NCBI GenBank assembly: GCA_963763775.1
Contig: CAVXPZ010000003.1
Coordinates: 704,001-768,000 of the forward strand
DNA length: 64,000 bases
Direction: 5' to 3'
Origin: an uncultured Chloroflexia bacterium
GTDB lineage: Bacteria > Chloroflexota > Limnocylindria > Limnocylindrales > CSP1-4
Shown here in pieces: positions 44,877 to 55,443 of the stretch (its first letter is position 1; the number at the start of each line of letters is the position of its first letter). Both the position numbers and the translations under genes were made by a program. Below the pieces are notes generated by a model. The model was not told the DNA's origin. It did no database searches and saw only the letters and a list, made by a program, of their open reading frames with translations.

Positions 44877-46097
44877 ATGTCGGACCAACGCCACCGCGAG
44901 TCGCGGGACGCGCTGACCGCTGAGCGTTTGGCTCGTGAGGCTGGCTCGACGCCCGACTACATCGCCCGGCTCGTCGAGGCGGGCGCCATCAGCGCCGATG
45001 TCGACGGGCGGTTCGCGATCGAGGACGTGCCTCGGGTCCGGCTGACGCTGGCCCTGGCGGACGGCGGGATCGAGTTCGACGACCTGATGTCCGTGATCCG
45101 CAGCGGAGCCCTCCAGCTCGACTGGGTCGCTCGGCTCTGGACACTGGGTGAGCCATCCGGACGGACGTTCGATGCCTTTGCCCGATCACTCGGCGAGCGG
45201 GCTGCCGACCTGCCGGCGATCTACGTTGCGCTCGGCCTGGCGCCACCCATGCCGGACACGGTCATGCGCCAGGACGAGGAGCGCGTCATCACGGACTTCC
45301 TCGAGCTTTGGGACCTGGTCGACGATCGCCCTGAGGTCTCCATTCGCGCCGCACGCATCGCCGGCGACGGGGTCCGACGGATCCAGGGCGCGACACAGGA
45401 CCTGTTCGACGAGCTTGGGGGACCTCCCGGGAACCAGGCAGCCAAGGGAATGTCTCCGGACGAGGCGATGCGGCCGGCGTTGCTTCTTGGCCCGGTCCTC
45501 GCGGAACTGATGGTCTGGCTCCAGGCGCGCCACCAGGAGAACGAGGTCTTCGCACGGATCGTGCCGTACGTCGAGGAAACCCTGATCAAGGCCGGGCATG
45601 GCGAACGTCATGGCCAGCAGCCCGCGATCGCGTTCGTCGACCTCGCGGGCTACACCGAGATGACGGTCTCCGGGGGCGATGATCACGCCGCTGAGTCTGC
45701 GACGACGCTGCAGATCCTGGCGGCATCGGCGGTCCGCAGCCACCGCGGTCGGGTCGTGAAACTGCTCGGTGACGGTGTGATGCTCCAATACGCCTCGATG
45801 GTCGATGCCATCGGCTCGGTTCGCGACCTGATGGCTTCCATCGCGGCGGCAGGCCTTCCGCCAGCGCACGCGGGCATCGCCTCAGGGCCGATGGTGGTCC
45901 GCGACGGCGACGTCTACGGACACACCGTGAACCTCGCGGCCCGGATCGCCGGCCACGCCCGCGCGGGCGAACTGCTGATCGCCGCAGATGGAGCGAACCA
46001 GCCGATCGGCGATCCTGTCGAGTTCGAGGACGCCGGGTCGGCCGCCCTCAAGGGCATCGCCGATCCCGTCCGCCTGCTGCGGGTGCTGCCCGGATGA
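44877..46097 (+). CDS. Soluble class III adenylate cyclase with regulatory N-terminus
   Basis: FVDLAGYT, VKLLGDG, DVYGHTVNLAARI. Confidence 0.85.
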   Translation: MSDQRHRESRDALTAERLAREAGSTPDYIARLVEAGAISADVDGRFAIEDVPRVRLTLALADGGIEFDDLMSVIRSGALQLDWVARLWTLGEPSGRTFDAFARSLGERAADLPAIYVALGLAPPMPDTVMRQDEERVITDFLELWDLVDDRPEVSIRAARIAGDGVRRIQGATQDLFDELGGPPGNQAAKGMSPDEAMRPALLLGPVLAELMVWLQARHQENEVFARIVPYVEETLIKAGHGERHGQQPAIAFVDLAGYTEMTVSGGDDHAAESATTLQILAASAVRSHRGRVVKLLGDGVMLQYASMVDAIGSVRDLMASIAAAGLPPAHAGIASGPMVVRDGDVYGHTVNLAARIAGHARAGELLIAADGANQPIGDPVEFEDAGSAALKGIADPVRLLRVLPG

Positions 46098-47456
46098 GTC
46101 GGGCCACGCCAGCACGACCCGAGGGTGGCGACGGTCCAGGCGCTGCGCAGCAGACGTCCGCATCGACGGATCCGCCGATCATCGAGCTCCGTACCGACCG
46201 TGGGGAGCTCCGACGCGGCTCGCTGCGGTTCGTCGACGACCGAGTCGAACGGCGCTACCAGCGCCAGGGCGGAGCGGAGAGCAAGACGGGATTCCGCATC
46301 GCCACCGCCACGGCGGCGGTCATGTGGCTCCTGGCCGCCGCCGTCATCCCGATGGGCACACCGATCCCGGCCGATCGTGCGATCCCCGTGTGTCTCGCGA
46401 TGGCGGTCTTCAACCTTGCCGGCTTCCTGTTGTCGGCCGGGGCGGACACCCTGGATCGCCAGCACTCGATCGTTTCCGTCCTGACCGCGGTCAACGGGCT
46501 GGTCATCCTCTGGCTGGCGTCGGCGGGCGGCGTCCTGCCTGGATACGGGATCAGCGCGATCATGCTGCTGTTCGTCTTCGGGTTCGTCGCTCGCACCGGT
46601 TTCATCTTTGCCGCGTCGCGAACCGCCGTCATCGCCGTCGGCTTCCTCGTGGCTGCCGTGCTCTATGCGGGCCGGAGCAGCCTCCTCGTGGACGCGTTCA
46701 TCTTCGCGGCCGCCGTGATCGGCAGTCTCCTGGCGCTGCGACTCCTCGAGCAGTCACGCCGCCGCGTCTTCTACCAGGACATCGTCATCACCCGACAGGC
46801 AGACGAGTTGAAGGTCGAGAAGGACCGGGCCGACGCGCTGCTGCTGAACGTCCTTCCGGGATCGATCTCGTCGCGCCTCCTCGCGGGCGAGCGGACGATC
46901 GCCGACGCGTATCCGGCCGTCACCGTGCTCTTCGCGGACATCGTCGGGTTCACGCCGATGACCGCGCGTCTGCCAGCCGACGACGTGGTCGGGATGCTCG
47001 GCCGACTCTTCGCTCGCTTCGACGAGCTCGTGTCCGCGCGCGGCCTCGAGAAGATCAAGACCATCGGGGATGCGTACATGGCCGCGGGCGGACTGCCCGA
47101 GCCGCTCGACGACCACGCCGCTCGCGTCGTCGATCTCGGCCTCGCGATGATCGACGCCGGCCTACGAGGAGACCAACCGGATCGCCGACCTTCGGATCCG
47201 AGTCGGCGTGCATTCAGGGCCGGTCATCGGCGGCGTCATCGGCCACCGCAAGTTCGCCTTCGACATCTGGGGCGAGACCGTGAACATCGCCAGCCGGCTG
47301 GAGTCGCACGGCATCCCTGGCCGCGTCCACGTCAGCGCCGAGACCTGGCGGATCGTGCAGGACCGGTTCGATGCGGAGCCGCGCGGCCCGATCGACCTTC
47401 GCGGCTACGGACCGATGGAGACCTACGCGATCATCGGGCGCCGGGCCGGTCCATAG
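46094..47456 (+). CDS. Membrane-bound class III adenylate cyclase (indel near 47170)
   Basis: About 6 TMs; FADIVGFT, KIKTIGDAYM, FDIWGETVNIASRLES. Confidence 0.9.
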
Positions 47457-47611
47457 GTCGTGTCGAGGAGCCGGTCGTGGCGCCCGACGCAGATCGAACC
47501 ATCGGATCTCACGCCGTCTCAATGGGGATGACCGGCGAACAGGCCTTGGGCTCGACCAGGCCGGCCGTGGTCGAGTCACGCATCGAACCGCCAAGGTCGG
47601 AGGGTCATCTC

Positions 47612-48448
47612 ATGCGCCGGATCCTAGGTACGGTCCTGGTCGCCGCGGCGGTCGCCGCCTGTACCGCGACGGGGGCCTCGCCTGGCGTCGGCTCCGGACC
47701 GCCGGTCCCATCGGTCGCGGTGACCGCACCGCCGGTCTCGGCCGGTCCGCCCCTCGACCGCTTCGCCCGCTCCATCGGTCGCGGTGACCGCACCGCCGGT
47801 CTCGCCTTCCGCCGCGATCTCGCTGTCGCTCCCCAAGACCTTCAAGTCGAAGGAGTACGGCTACACGATGGGCATGGCGGCGGACTGGACCGCGAAGGCG
47901 GCGACCCTGCTCGTCGATGACCCCAAGTCCACCGGCGACTCCGGGACCGATCTCATCACCGTCACCGGCACCGATACCACCATCCCGGTGGTCGCCTGGG
48001 ATCTCGGCCATCAGACGTTCGCCGCCTGGCTCGAGGATTACCGGGCGGCATGTCTCGGCGTCCGACGGGTGGCGGCGACTGGACCGCGAAGCGGCCACCC
48101 TGTCGTCGATGACCAAGTCACCGGCGACTCCGGGACCGAGTGCATCGCCGCACCGCGCACCGATACGACATCCGGTGGTCGCTGTCTCGGCATCCGTCCC
48201 GAGGAACGGGCGGCCATGTCATCGGGCGTGCCGGCGGGTTGCGACGGCGGTGATCCGTCACCTGGCCGCCCGTGGCGATCGGCGACCTTCAGGGGGTCTG
48301 GCAGCAGAAGTGCAACGCCGCGGTCGCGACCGTGGAGCACGGCGGCAAGGCCTACCAATTCGCCTGGGAGAACAGCACCTTCGAGGGCAGCAAGCACTTG
48401 TCGGAGACGAACTTCAAGGCCGTGCTCGCGTCCGTCAAGTTCCGGTAG
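47612..48448 (+). CDS. Hypothetical lipoprotein (indels and internal duplication)
   Basis: Lipobox AVAAC; C-terminus FKAVLASVKFR*. Confidence 0.55.
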
Positions 48449-48521
48449 GCGGCAGGGCACAGCCGACGTTCGGTACTCCTCGATCGATGCCGACGCCCAC
48501 AAGCCCGGGTGGCATCCGCGA

Positions 48522-48642
48522 CGTTCCTGGCAGTACCGGAATCCGGACAACTGAGCGTGGCCGCGCCCAGAAACGACAGGATCCTGTCGATCAGGGACTC
48601 GACCACGAGAGGCCTGTGGCAAAACCGGTACTGGCAGGAACG
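48522..48642. repeat. 18-bp inverted repeat pair (17/18 match) with 85-bp spacer
   Basis: cgttcctggcagtaccgg ... ccggtactggcaggaacg. Confidence 0.6.
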
Positions 48643-48674
48643 CGACTTCGCGGCGCCGGACTCGGGGTCTTTGT

Positions 48675-49115
48675 CTACAGCTCGCGGGCTTCCATCCGTT
48701 CTCGCAACGAGGCGAGGTCGCGCTCGAATTGGCGAGTGGCCAGCCTCGCGAACAGCGGGCCGAGCAACCGGAACCCGCCGGTCGGCGTCGCCTCGAACGT
48801 CGCCGTCACGTTGGATCCGCTGCCCTGTGGTTCGACATCGAACGACCCGGCGAACGGGAACGGTCCCGACTGTGTTTCGTAGGCCAGCCGCCGACCCGGG
48901 ACGAAGTCGGTCACGGTCGAGTCCGTCTCGATGCGCCGACCGAGGAAACGGGTCACCTCGCGCGCGGTGCTCCCGACCCCGACCGGTCCCGTCGACGTCA
49001 GGTGTCCCTCGATCGATGCCGATGCCCACTGGGCATTCTTGCTGACGTCGGCCAGCACGGCGAACACGTCGTCGGGCGCTCGCTGGATCTGGACGCTCGC
49101 GCTCCCTCGGGCCAC
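48675..49115 (-). CDS. SRPBCC family protein
   Basis: DDVFAVLADVSKNAQW, GPVGVGS, DLASLRERME. Confidence 0.85.
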   Translation of the reverse strand: MARGSASVQIQRAPDDVFAVLADVSKNAQWASASIEGHLTSTGPVGVGSTAREVTRFLGRRIETDSTVTDFVPGRRLAYETQSGPFPFAGSFDVEPQGSGSNVTATFEATPTGGFRLLGPLFARLATRQFERDLASLRERMEAREL

Positions 49116-49203
49116 GATCGGACTCCGTGTGTGCGGTCGGACGACGTTGATCGGCAGTGTCGCATGCCGTCGTCGTTCGGCGTCTCGCCGATGGGCGCGG
49201 GGC

Positions 49204-49648
49204 CTACAGCTCGCCGGCTTCCATCATGGTCTTGAGGTTCGAAAGGTCCTTCGCGAACGACCGCTTGTAGACGGCGGCGAGGAGCGGGGCCATCGGCCGC
49301 ATGACGCCAGTGGGCTCGAACGACACGAGCCAGTCGAGACGGGCTGCTGTCACCCAGGCTGATGCAGTCGATGGCGATGCGGACCTCGAACGGGAACCCA
49401 GAGATGCTGCGCATCGCGAGCCGCCTGTTCGGCTCGAATTCGGTGAGCTCCATCTCGTTCTCCGTCGTCCGTCCGCCGAATGTCGGGACGATGGCCCGCC
49501 GTCTCGTGCCGACGCCCATCGGGCCAGGAGTCGTGACCGTCTCCTCGATGGCACGGGACCACTTGGCGGCATTCTCGAGGTGGGTCAACACGGCGAAGAC
49601 GTCGTCGACCGGTCGCCTGATCGTGACGGTCAGCGCTGCCGTGCTCAT
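49204..49648 (-). CDS. SRPBCC family protein (indel near 49350)
   Basis: RPVDDVFAVLTHLENAAKW, GPMGVGT, DLSNLKTMMEAGEL. Confidence 0.8.
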
Positions 49649-49683
49649 GGCCGAAGCCTACTCGCGCGAGACTCCGGTTCGGT

Positions 49684-49745
49684 TGGGCCCGCCCGGCGGG
49701 ATCCGAGCGCGCGGTGCAAACCTCTCGGGTGGAGGGGGTCGAGGA
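49684..49745. repeat. att-like scar A: tRNA-Arg 3' end copy plus conserved arm
   Basis: tgggcccgcccggcgggatccgagcgcgcggtgcaaacctctcgggtggagggggtcgagga. Confidence 0.8.
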
Positions 49746-49829
49746 TGCGCCGTTTGCGACCGGGCGGCGCCGACGGTGGTCATCATGGTGGCCGTGGGAC
49801 GTTCTGGGCTCGAGCGGCATCTACCTGAC

Positions 49830-50378
49830 GTGAATGCCCACGAATTGGTCGACACGACGGCGACGGCCGAGCTGCTGGCTCGTGCGCGGACCGGCGAGCG
49901 CGAGGCCTTCACCGCCCTTGTCGAGCGGCATCATGCCGAACTCGTGCGCATCGCCTATGCCATCACCGGTGACGTCGACGCGGCCCGCGATGCCGCCCAG
50001 CTGGCGTGGATCAAGGCTTGGCAACAGCTGCCGAAGGTCCGCGAGCCCGAGCGCCTCCGGGCATGGCTGATCGCGATCGCGGCGAACGAAGCGCGCCAGT
50101 ACCTCCGCGCGCATCGACGGCGTCATGTGCGCGAGATCGCACCGCCGACCCTGGATGAGATGCCCGGGCACAGTGTGATCGCCTCAGCCGATCGACTCGA
50201 TCTCGCCGCCGCCCTGGTGCGTCTCGATCCGGCCGACCGCGGCCTGCTCGCGATGCGCTATCTGGCCGGCCTGACCGCGGAGGAGATCGGAACAGCGACC
50301 GGGCGATCCGCTTCGGGGGTTCGCACCCGTCTGTCTCGCCTCATCGCCCGTCTGCGTGAGGACCTTGACCATGACTGA
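49830..50378 (+). CDS. ECF RNA polymerase sigma factor
   Basis: DAARDAAQLAWIKAW, LRAWLIAIAANEAR, LTAEEIG...VRTRLSR. Confidence 0.9.
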   Translation: MNAHELVDTTATAELLARARTGEREAFTALVERHHAELVRIAYAITGDVDAARDAAQLAWIKAWQQLPKVREPERLRAWLIAIAANEARQYLRAHRRRHVREIAPPTLDEMPGHSVIASADRLDLAAALVRLDPADRGLLAMRYLAGLTAEEIGTATGRSASGVRTRLSRLIARLREDLDHD

Positions 50379-51491
50379 CCGACCGACGTTCGACCCGTTC
50401 GAGCAGCGTATCGCCGCTGAGTTCGAGCGATATGTCCAGCCGGCAGCTGATCCGACGCCGGTCTCCGCGATCGCAGGGGCCGCGATGCGACCGCGCGGTC
50501 TCGGGGTCCGTGCTCGGAACCTGTCACGGCCACGCCGCTTCCTGCTGCTCGGGATCGCCGCGGCCTTCCTCGTGCCGGCGACATACCTCGCCGCGGGCAG
50601 CCTGCGACCTCCGACTCCGGACCTGAACGACCAGGTACAGCCACTCAGCCGGATCCAGGTCGGCGATCCAGGCGGCGCCGCGCTGGTTCGCTGCCGACGA
50701 CACGTCGCTCTGGGTCCACGAGCCCACGAGCCTGGTGCGCGTGGATCTGGCGACGTCCGCCGTCACGGGAACCGTCCCCCTGAACGGGATGGAGTACGGC
50801 TATGACGACGACCGGGGCCGGTTCCGTCTGGCAGACGGACTACGAGAACGACGTCCTCGTGAGGATCGACCCGGTCAGCCGGCAAGGTCATTGCGTCGAT
50901 CCCGGTCGGATCGGCACCGGCAGGCGTCGCCGTCACCGAGGGCTCGGTGTGGGTGGCCAACGAGCACAACGGGACGGTCAAGCGCATCGATCCCGCGACC
51001 AACAAGGTCGTCGCGACGATCGCGGTCGGTCCGGCCGGATCCGCCGGCCCACAGATCATGACGGCCGGACCCGGTGGTGTCTGGGTGGACATCCAGAACA
51101 ACGGCGATCGGTGGTGCGGATCGATGCCGCGACGAACACGGTCGGGCTGCGGGTGCCGCTGGACGGCCCGGTGGCGAGCGACGGCAGAAGGTCTGGATCG
51201 GCGTCGATGCAGGGACCGAACGGACTGTCGCAGGTCGTGCGCATCGACCCGGTCTCGGGCAAGGTCATCACCACGGTCGACCTCGATACCCAGGGCATCT
51301 GCGGCCTGGCCGTCGGCCTCGGATCCGTCTGGGTCGCCGACGGCGGGTTGACGCGGATCGACGCCGCGACGGGACGCATCCTCGGGCACCTCGATACCGG
51401 TGGCGACTGCGGCAACGTCGTCGTGGCGGGTGGCGCGGTCTGGGTCACCGCGGACGGTCAGCCGTACGTGCTGCGGATCTCGCCGCCGTAA
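50371..51491 (+). CDS. Putative anti-sigma factor with extracellular YVTN/Vgb-like beta-propeller (indels)
   Basis: Overlaps the sigma stop; short N-terminus, one TM, repeated GSVWV..RIDP blades. Confidence 0.65.
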
Positions 51492-51646
51492 CCACGGTCG
51501 CCGGACGCTCCGGCCGGCAACCCGACTGGTCGCACGCCGGCGCGGAAGCCTGGCAGCGACTCCCACAGCGCGGCAGGGCCCTGGACTCAGGACGCCCTGG
51601 CCGTGACCTGACAACAAACCGACCTCGTCAAGAAGAGGAGTCCGAG

Positions 51647-52716
51647 ATGCGTCATGCCTCAGTGGTCGTGCGGGCGAGCGTCGCCGCCATGGTTGCGATC
51701 TCCGTCGGAGCCTGTGGGGCGACACCGGCGAGTCCATCGCCCCGCGAGACCGCGCCGGCGGCTTCCGCGAGCGTGTCAGCCACGAGCCTCCACGGACGTC
51801 GTGGAGTCGCCGTCGGCCTCGACGACCGCGGCTCCATCGCCGTCTCCGTCATTCCCGGCCGGGGCGACGATCGACGGCCGGATCCAGGTCGGCGACCCCG
51901 TCGCACCGCGCTGGTTCGCTGCCGACGACACGTCGCTCTGGGTCCACGAGCCCACGAGCCTGGTGCGCGTGGATCTGGCGACGTCCGCCGTCACGGGACA
52001 GTCCCGCTGAACGGATGGAGTACGGCTACGCACGACCGGCGCCGGTTCCGTCTGGCAGACGGACTACGTTGAACGACGTCCTCGTGAGGATCGACCCGGT
52101 CACGGGCAAGGTGGTCGCGTCGATCCCGGTCGGATCGGCACCGGCAGGCGTCGCCGTCACCGAGGGCTCGGTGTGGGTGGCCGACGAGCACAACGGGACG
52201 GTCCAGCGCATCGATCCCGCGACCAACAAGGTTGTCGCGACGATCCCGGTCGGGCCGATCGCACCGACTGGGCCGCAGATCATGACGGCCGGTCCCGGTG
52301 GCGTCTGGGTGGGCATCCAGCACACGGGTCGAGAACGTGCGGATCGATGCCGCGACGAACAAGGTCGGCCTGCGGGTACCGTGGGACGGCCCGGTGGCGA
52401 GCGACGGCAAGCAGGTCTGGATCGCCGTCGATGCCAGGACCGAACGGGCTGCCGGCAGGCCATCCGCATCGATCCGGACACGGGCAAGGTCATCACGACG
52501 GTCGACCTCGATACCCAGGGCATCTGCGGCCTGGCCGTCGGCCTCGGATCCGTCTGGGTCGCCACAGGCGGATTGACGCGGATCGACGAGGCGACGGGAC
52601 GCATCGTCGGGCGCCTCGATCTCAATGGCGATTGCGGCAACGTCATCGTGGCGGGTGGCGCGGTCTGGGTCACCGCGGACGGTCAGCCGTACGTGGACCG
52701 GATCTCGCCGCAGTGA
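51647..52716 (+). CDS. Beta-propeller lipoprotein, paralog of the upstream propeller (indels)
   Basis: Lipobox SVGAC; DNA nearly identical to 50648-51491. Confidence 0.65.
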
Positions 52717-52828
52717 CCACGGCTGATCGCCCGCGCCGAGGGTCAGGGCCATCGCGGTCGGTGGCAGGTACAGGGGACCTCGACCGACGCGCACCGTTTG
52801 GCGCTGGCCCTACCGGAGAGAGTTGCAG

Positions 52829-52918
52829 TGGCTACGCCCGGAGGGATCCCAGCGCGCGGTGCAAACCCTGCGCGTCGAGGGGGTCGAGGAACTTGTCGCG
52901 GTGCTGAGAGCGGCCTGA
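52829..52918. repeat. att-like scar B
   Basis: tggctacgcccggagggatcccagcgcgcggtgcaaaccctgcgcgtcgagggggtcgagga...; encodes RPEGSQRAVQTLRVEGVEELVAVLRAA*. Confidence 0.8.
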
Positions 52919-53282
52919 CCGTTGTCACGTAGAGTCGGCGGTGTGGTCGCAATAGTAGTGCGACCTACACGATCACAAGCAACGAGCTCGTGAGAGCCCG
53001 CTGGGAGCATGCCGGGTCGTGGTCGCGGTCACATGGGATCGGCTGACCGAGGTAGCCGGCCGGTACTGGGCAAGGCCCAGCCGATGGCGGTCGATAACCG
53101 ACTCCAGACGCACTCCTGGGAACGAGGACGCCGGCAACGCCTGTCGTCAGGTCGGGCCCAGGCGTCTCGGAGTCAAGGCCCTGCCACGCGGGTGTTAGCC
53201 AGACGAGCGCGTCACCACGGCCCGACTCGGGTCATCGTCGCCCCGCCTCGCTCTCGACGCGACAGGCATACAAAGTGGGCCG

Positions 53283-53549
53283 TCAAGCGGGCAGGGCCGG
53301 GCGCAGCGAGGCGAGACCCCACCAGACGACCACTAGGAGCGCGACGGCGATGGCGATCCGTGTTCGCGATGTCCCGGCCCGAGTCGCGTACCAAATCACA
53401 CAGAGCGGTGCGACCAGAACGGCCCACAGCAGAACGACAGCGTCCGGGTAGGCATGGTTGACGATGGCGAGCCCGACGACGATCCAAGCCACCACCGTCC
53501 AGACCACGATGGTCCATGTTGAGACACGCCACGCTGGGATGGATGGCAT
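53283..53549 (-). CDS. Small membrane protein (cargo)
   Basis: 88 aa with 3 hydrophobic helices; atypical codon usage. Confidence 0.55.
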   Translation of the reverse strand: MPSIPAWRVSTWTIVVWTVVAWIVVGLAIVNHAYPDAVVLLWAVLVAPLCVIWYATRAGTSRTRIAIAVALLVVVWWGLASLRPALPA

Positions 53550-53866
53550 CGGCTAGAGATTACCGCTGTGGCGTCGTCGTCACCCTGCGCCATCGCTGGC
53601 GCCGATCAGGTCGGGTAGGCGGCGGCAGACCCGTAGCACCCGGCGACCGACGCGCCGACTGGCCCCACCGCGCGCACGCCGGACCACGTTGCCCGCGGCT
53701 AACCGACACAACGTTACCGATGGAGCCGAGTGCCGTGACGCGAGACTCGGACCGTAACGTCTTGCTCTCGGGTACCCATCGCGGGCCTGCGCCACCTAGG
53801 CCACGACGTCAGGCGAGACGAACGTCTCCGACTGACCGCCTCCGCCACGTCACGCGCCCGAGAGAC

Positions 53867-53955
53867 TGGCCCGCCCGGAGGGATCTGAACGCGCGATGCA
53901 AACCCTTCGCGTGGAGGGCGTTGAGGAGCTAATGCGGGCGCTGCGGGCGGCATGA
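53867..53955. repeat. att-like scar C
   Basis: tggcccgcccggagggatctgaacgcgcgatgcaaacccttcgcgtggagggcgttgagga...; encodes ARPEGSERAMQTLRVEGVEELMRALRAA*. Confidence 0.85.
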
Positions 53956-54140
53956 GGGTGCTACCGAGACCGCGGCCGGCCTGCCGCCAGGCATGACTGA
54001 TGGCCACTGCCCCGGTCTAGCCGCGCGGCCGGCCCGCGCGCTGCCGGCAGCGTCGCGGCGCCACCTCTTGCATCGCGTCGGGCGGCACGACCAGCGCACG
54101 ACCGGTCCCGGCTCACATCGCCTTCGTCGTCGCGCCAGGC

Positions 54141-54557
54141 CTAGCGGAACCGGCGGAGGACCCGCTGTAGGACGACCCCGAGCAGGACGAGCGTTCCAAC
54201 GAACCAGATCATCCCGAGGACCGCTGCCGGGGTCCCTTGCGCATGAGTCACGTTCCCGATCACGCTGAACACCAGGAAGGTGCCGACGAATATCGGGATG
54301 GACACCAGTATCGCCATCAGCAAGAGGCCGATGCCCGCAAGCCCGACGGCGAGGTCGCCGATGTAGGACCCTGCGATCCCCCGAACAACCTTGCGCGCGT
54401 CCGGCGCTACCTCGGGCGGGGCCTCGCCGACAGGCGCGATAGTCGGGGCGACGGGGATCGTCCACGAAGGCGCCTGCCCTGATTCCGCCAACCTGGATGC
54501 GCGCAGGCGTCGCGACTCCTCCGCGATTGGATTTGGCTCAGCCTCATGGTCGTCCAC
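54141..54557 (-). CDS. Membrane protein (cargo)
   Basis: 138 aa with C-terminal TMs. Confidence 0.6.
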   Translation of the reverse strand: MDDHEAEPNPIAEESRRLRASRLAESGQAPSWTIPVAPTIAPVGEAPPEVAPDARKVVRGIAGSYIGDLAVGLAGIGLLLMAILVSIPIFVGTFLVFSVIGNVTHAQGTPAAVLGMIWFVGTLVLLGVVLQRVLRRFR

Positions 54558-54707
54558 AGCAATGTCTCATCGGCATCGTATGACATCGGCGTCTCGTCGC
54601 CCGTGCACGGATGGGTGGCGACCACGGTATAGATCTCGGGCCGGATCGCCTCGGCGCAGAGAACGACCCCAGGGGCACTCGACTTGGGTCGTGTCGTGCT
54701 CAGAAGC

Positions 54708-54768
54708 TGGTCCGCCCGGAGGGATCTGAGCCCGCGGTGCAATCCCTTCGTGTGGAAGGTGTCGCGGG
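54708..54768. repeat. att-like scar D
   Basis: tggtccgcccggagggatctgagcccgcggtgcaatcccttcgtgtggaaggtgtc; encodes VRPEGSEPAVQSLRVEGV. Confidence 0.8.
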
Positions 54769-54794
54769 TCGCCGGCTCTCGGCGTCGGCGCACA

Positions 54795-55322
54795 ATGGCC
54801 ACGATGGACCATCAGCGTGAAGTGTCGGGTCAAACGTGGGATGTCACCGTCGAAGGGTCGCCTCTCCTTGTGGAGCTAGTGCCCTACGGAGGACGGCTGT
54901 GGGGCGCGCCGAGCAGCTTCCGAATGGGCATGGTCGAACAGACCCTGTCGTGGTCACCCGGGGTGTCCCGATGGCAGCGCACCAGGGCGCCGAAGGTCGG
55001 ATCGATCAATGCAGGCGATCACCGTCTCAGGATGACCTTGAACACGATCCAGCTCTCGCACCGGGCTGCGCTGGGTCGGAATGTGTCGGGTCTCAAACGG
55101 AGTGGACCTCTATCCTTCCTCGGCACCCTTGTCGGTGGCGCAGGGCTGGGAGCCGGCGCAGCAGGAGCGTCCCAGACGACCTTGACGTGGCTGATCTACG
55201 AGCTCGACATCGACGGTGTCCCCTACGGCTCGTGGGTCGCCAAAGCCGTCGACGGCCGCCCTGAGCGGTGGACCTTCGTGCTGCCGGGCGGCGTGCTCCC
55301 CGACGGTGAGTCGCGCGACTAG
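54795..55322 (+). CDS. Hypothetical protein (cargo)
   Basis: Open frame MATMDHQREVSG...; lower GC. Confidence 0.55.
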   Translation: MATMDHQREVSGQTWDVTVEGSPLLVELVPYGGRLWGAPSSFRMGMVEQTLSWSPGVSRWQRTRAPKVGSINAGDHRLRMTLNTIQLSHRAALGRNVSGLKRSGPLSFLGTLVGGAGLGAGAAGASQTTLTWLIYELDIDGVPYGSWVAKAVDGRPERWTFVLPGGVLPDGESRD

Positions 55323-55443
55323 TAAGACCCGACAAGGACGTCGCGACGTCCAGTGCCGCAGTCGCAGCACGTAACGTGCCTTCTAGGACCGTGACCGGGG
55401 TCGGGGCCGACGACCCCAAGATTCGACCCACGTTTCAGAATCT

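Noticed and set aside
49684-54768. CRISPR array or classical integron attC sites
   Set aside because: Spacing is 0.7-3 kb; no cas or intI genes and no RYYYAAC/GTTRRRY boxes were seen; the repeats derive from the tRNA end.
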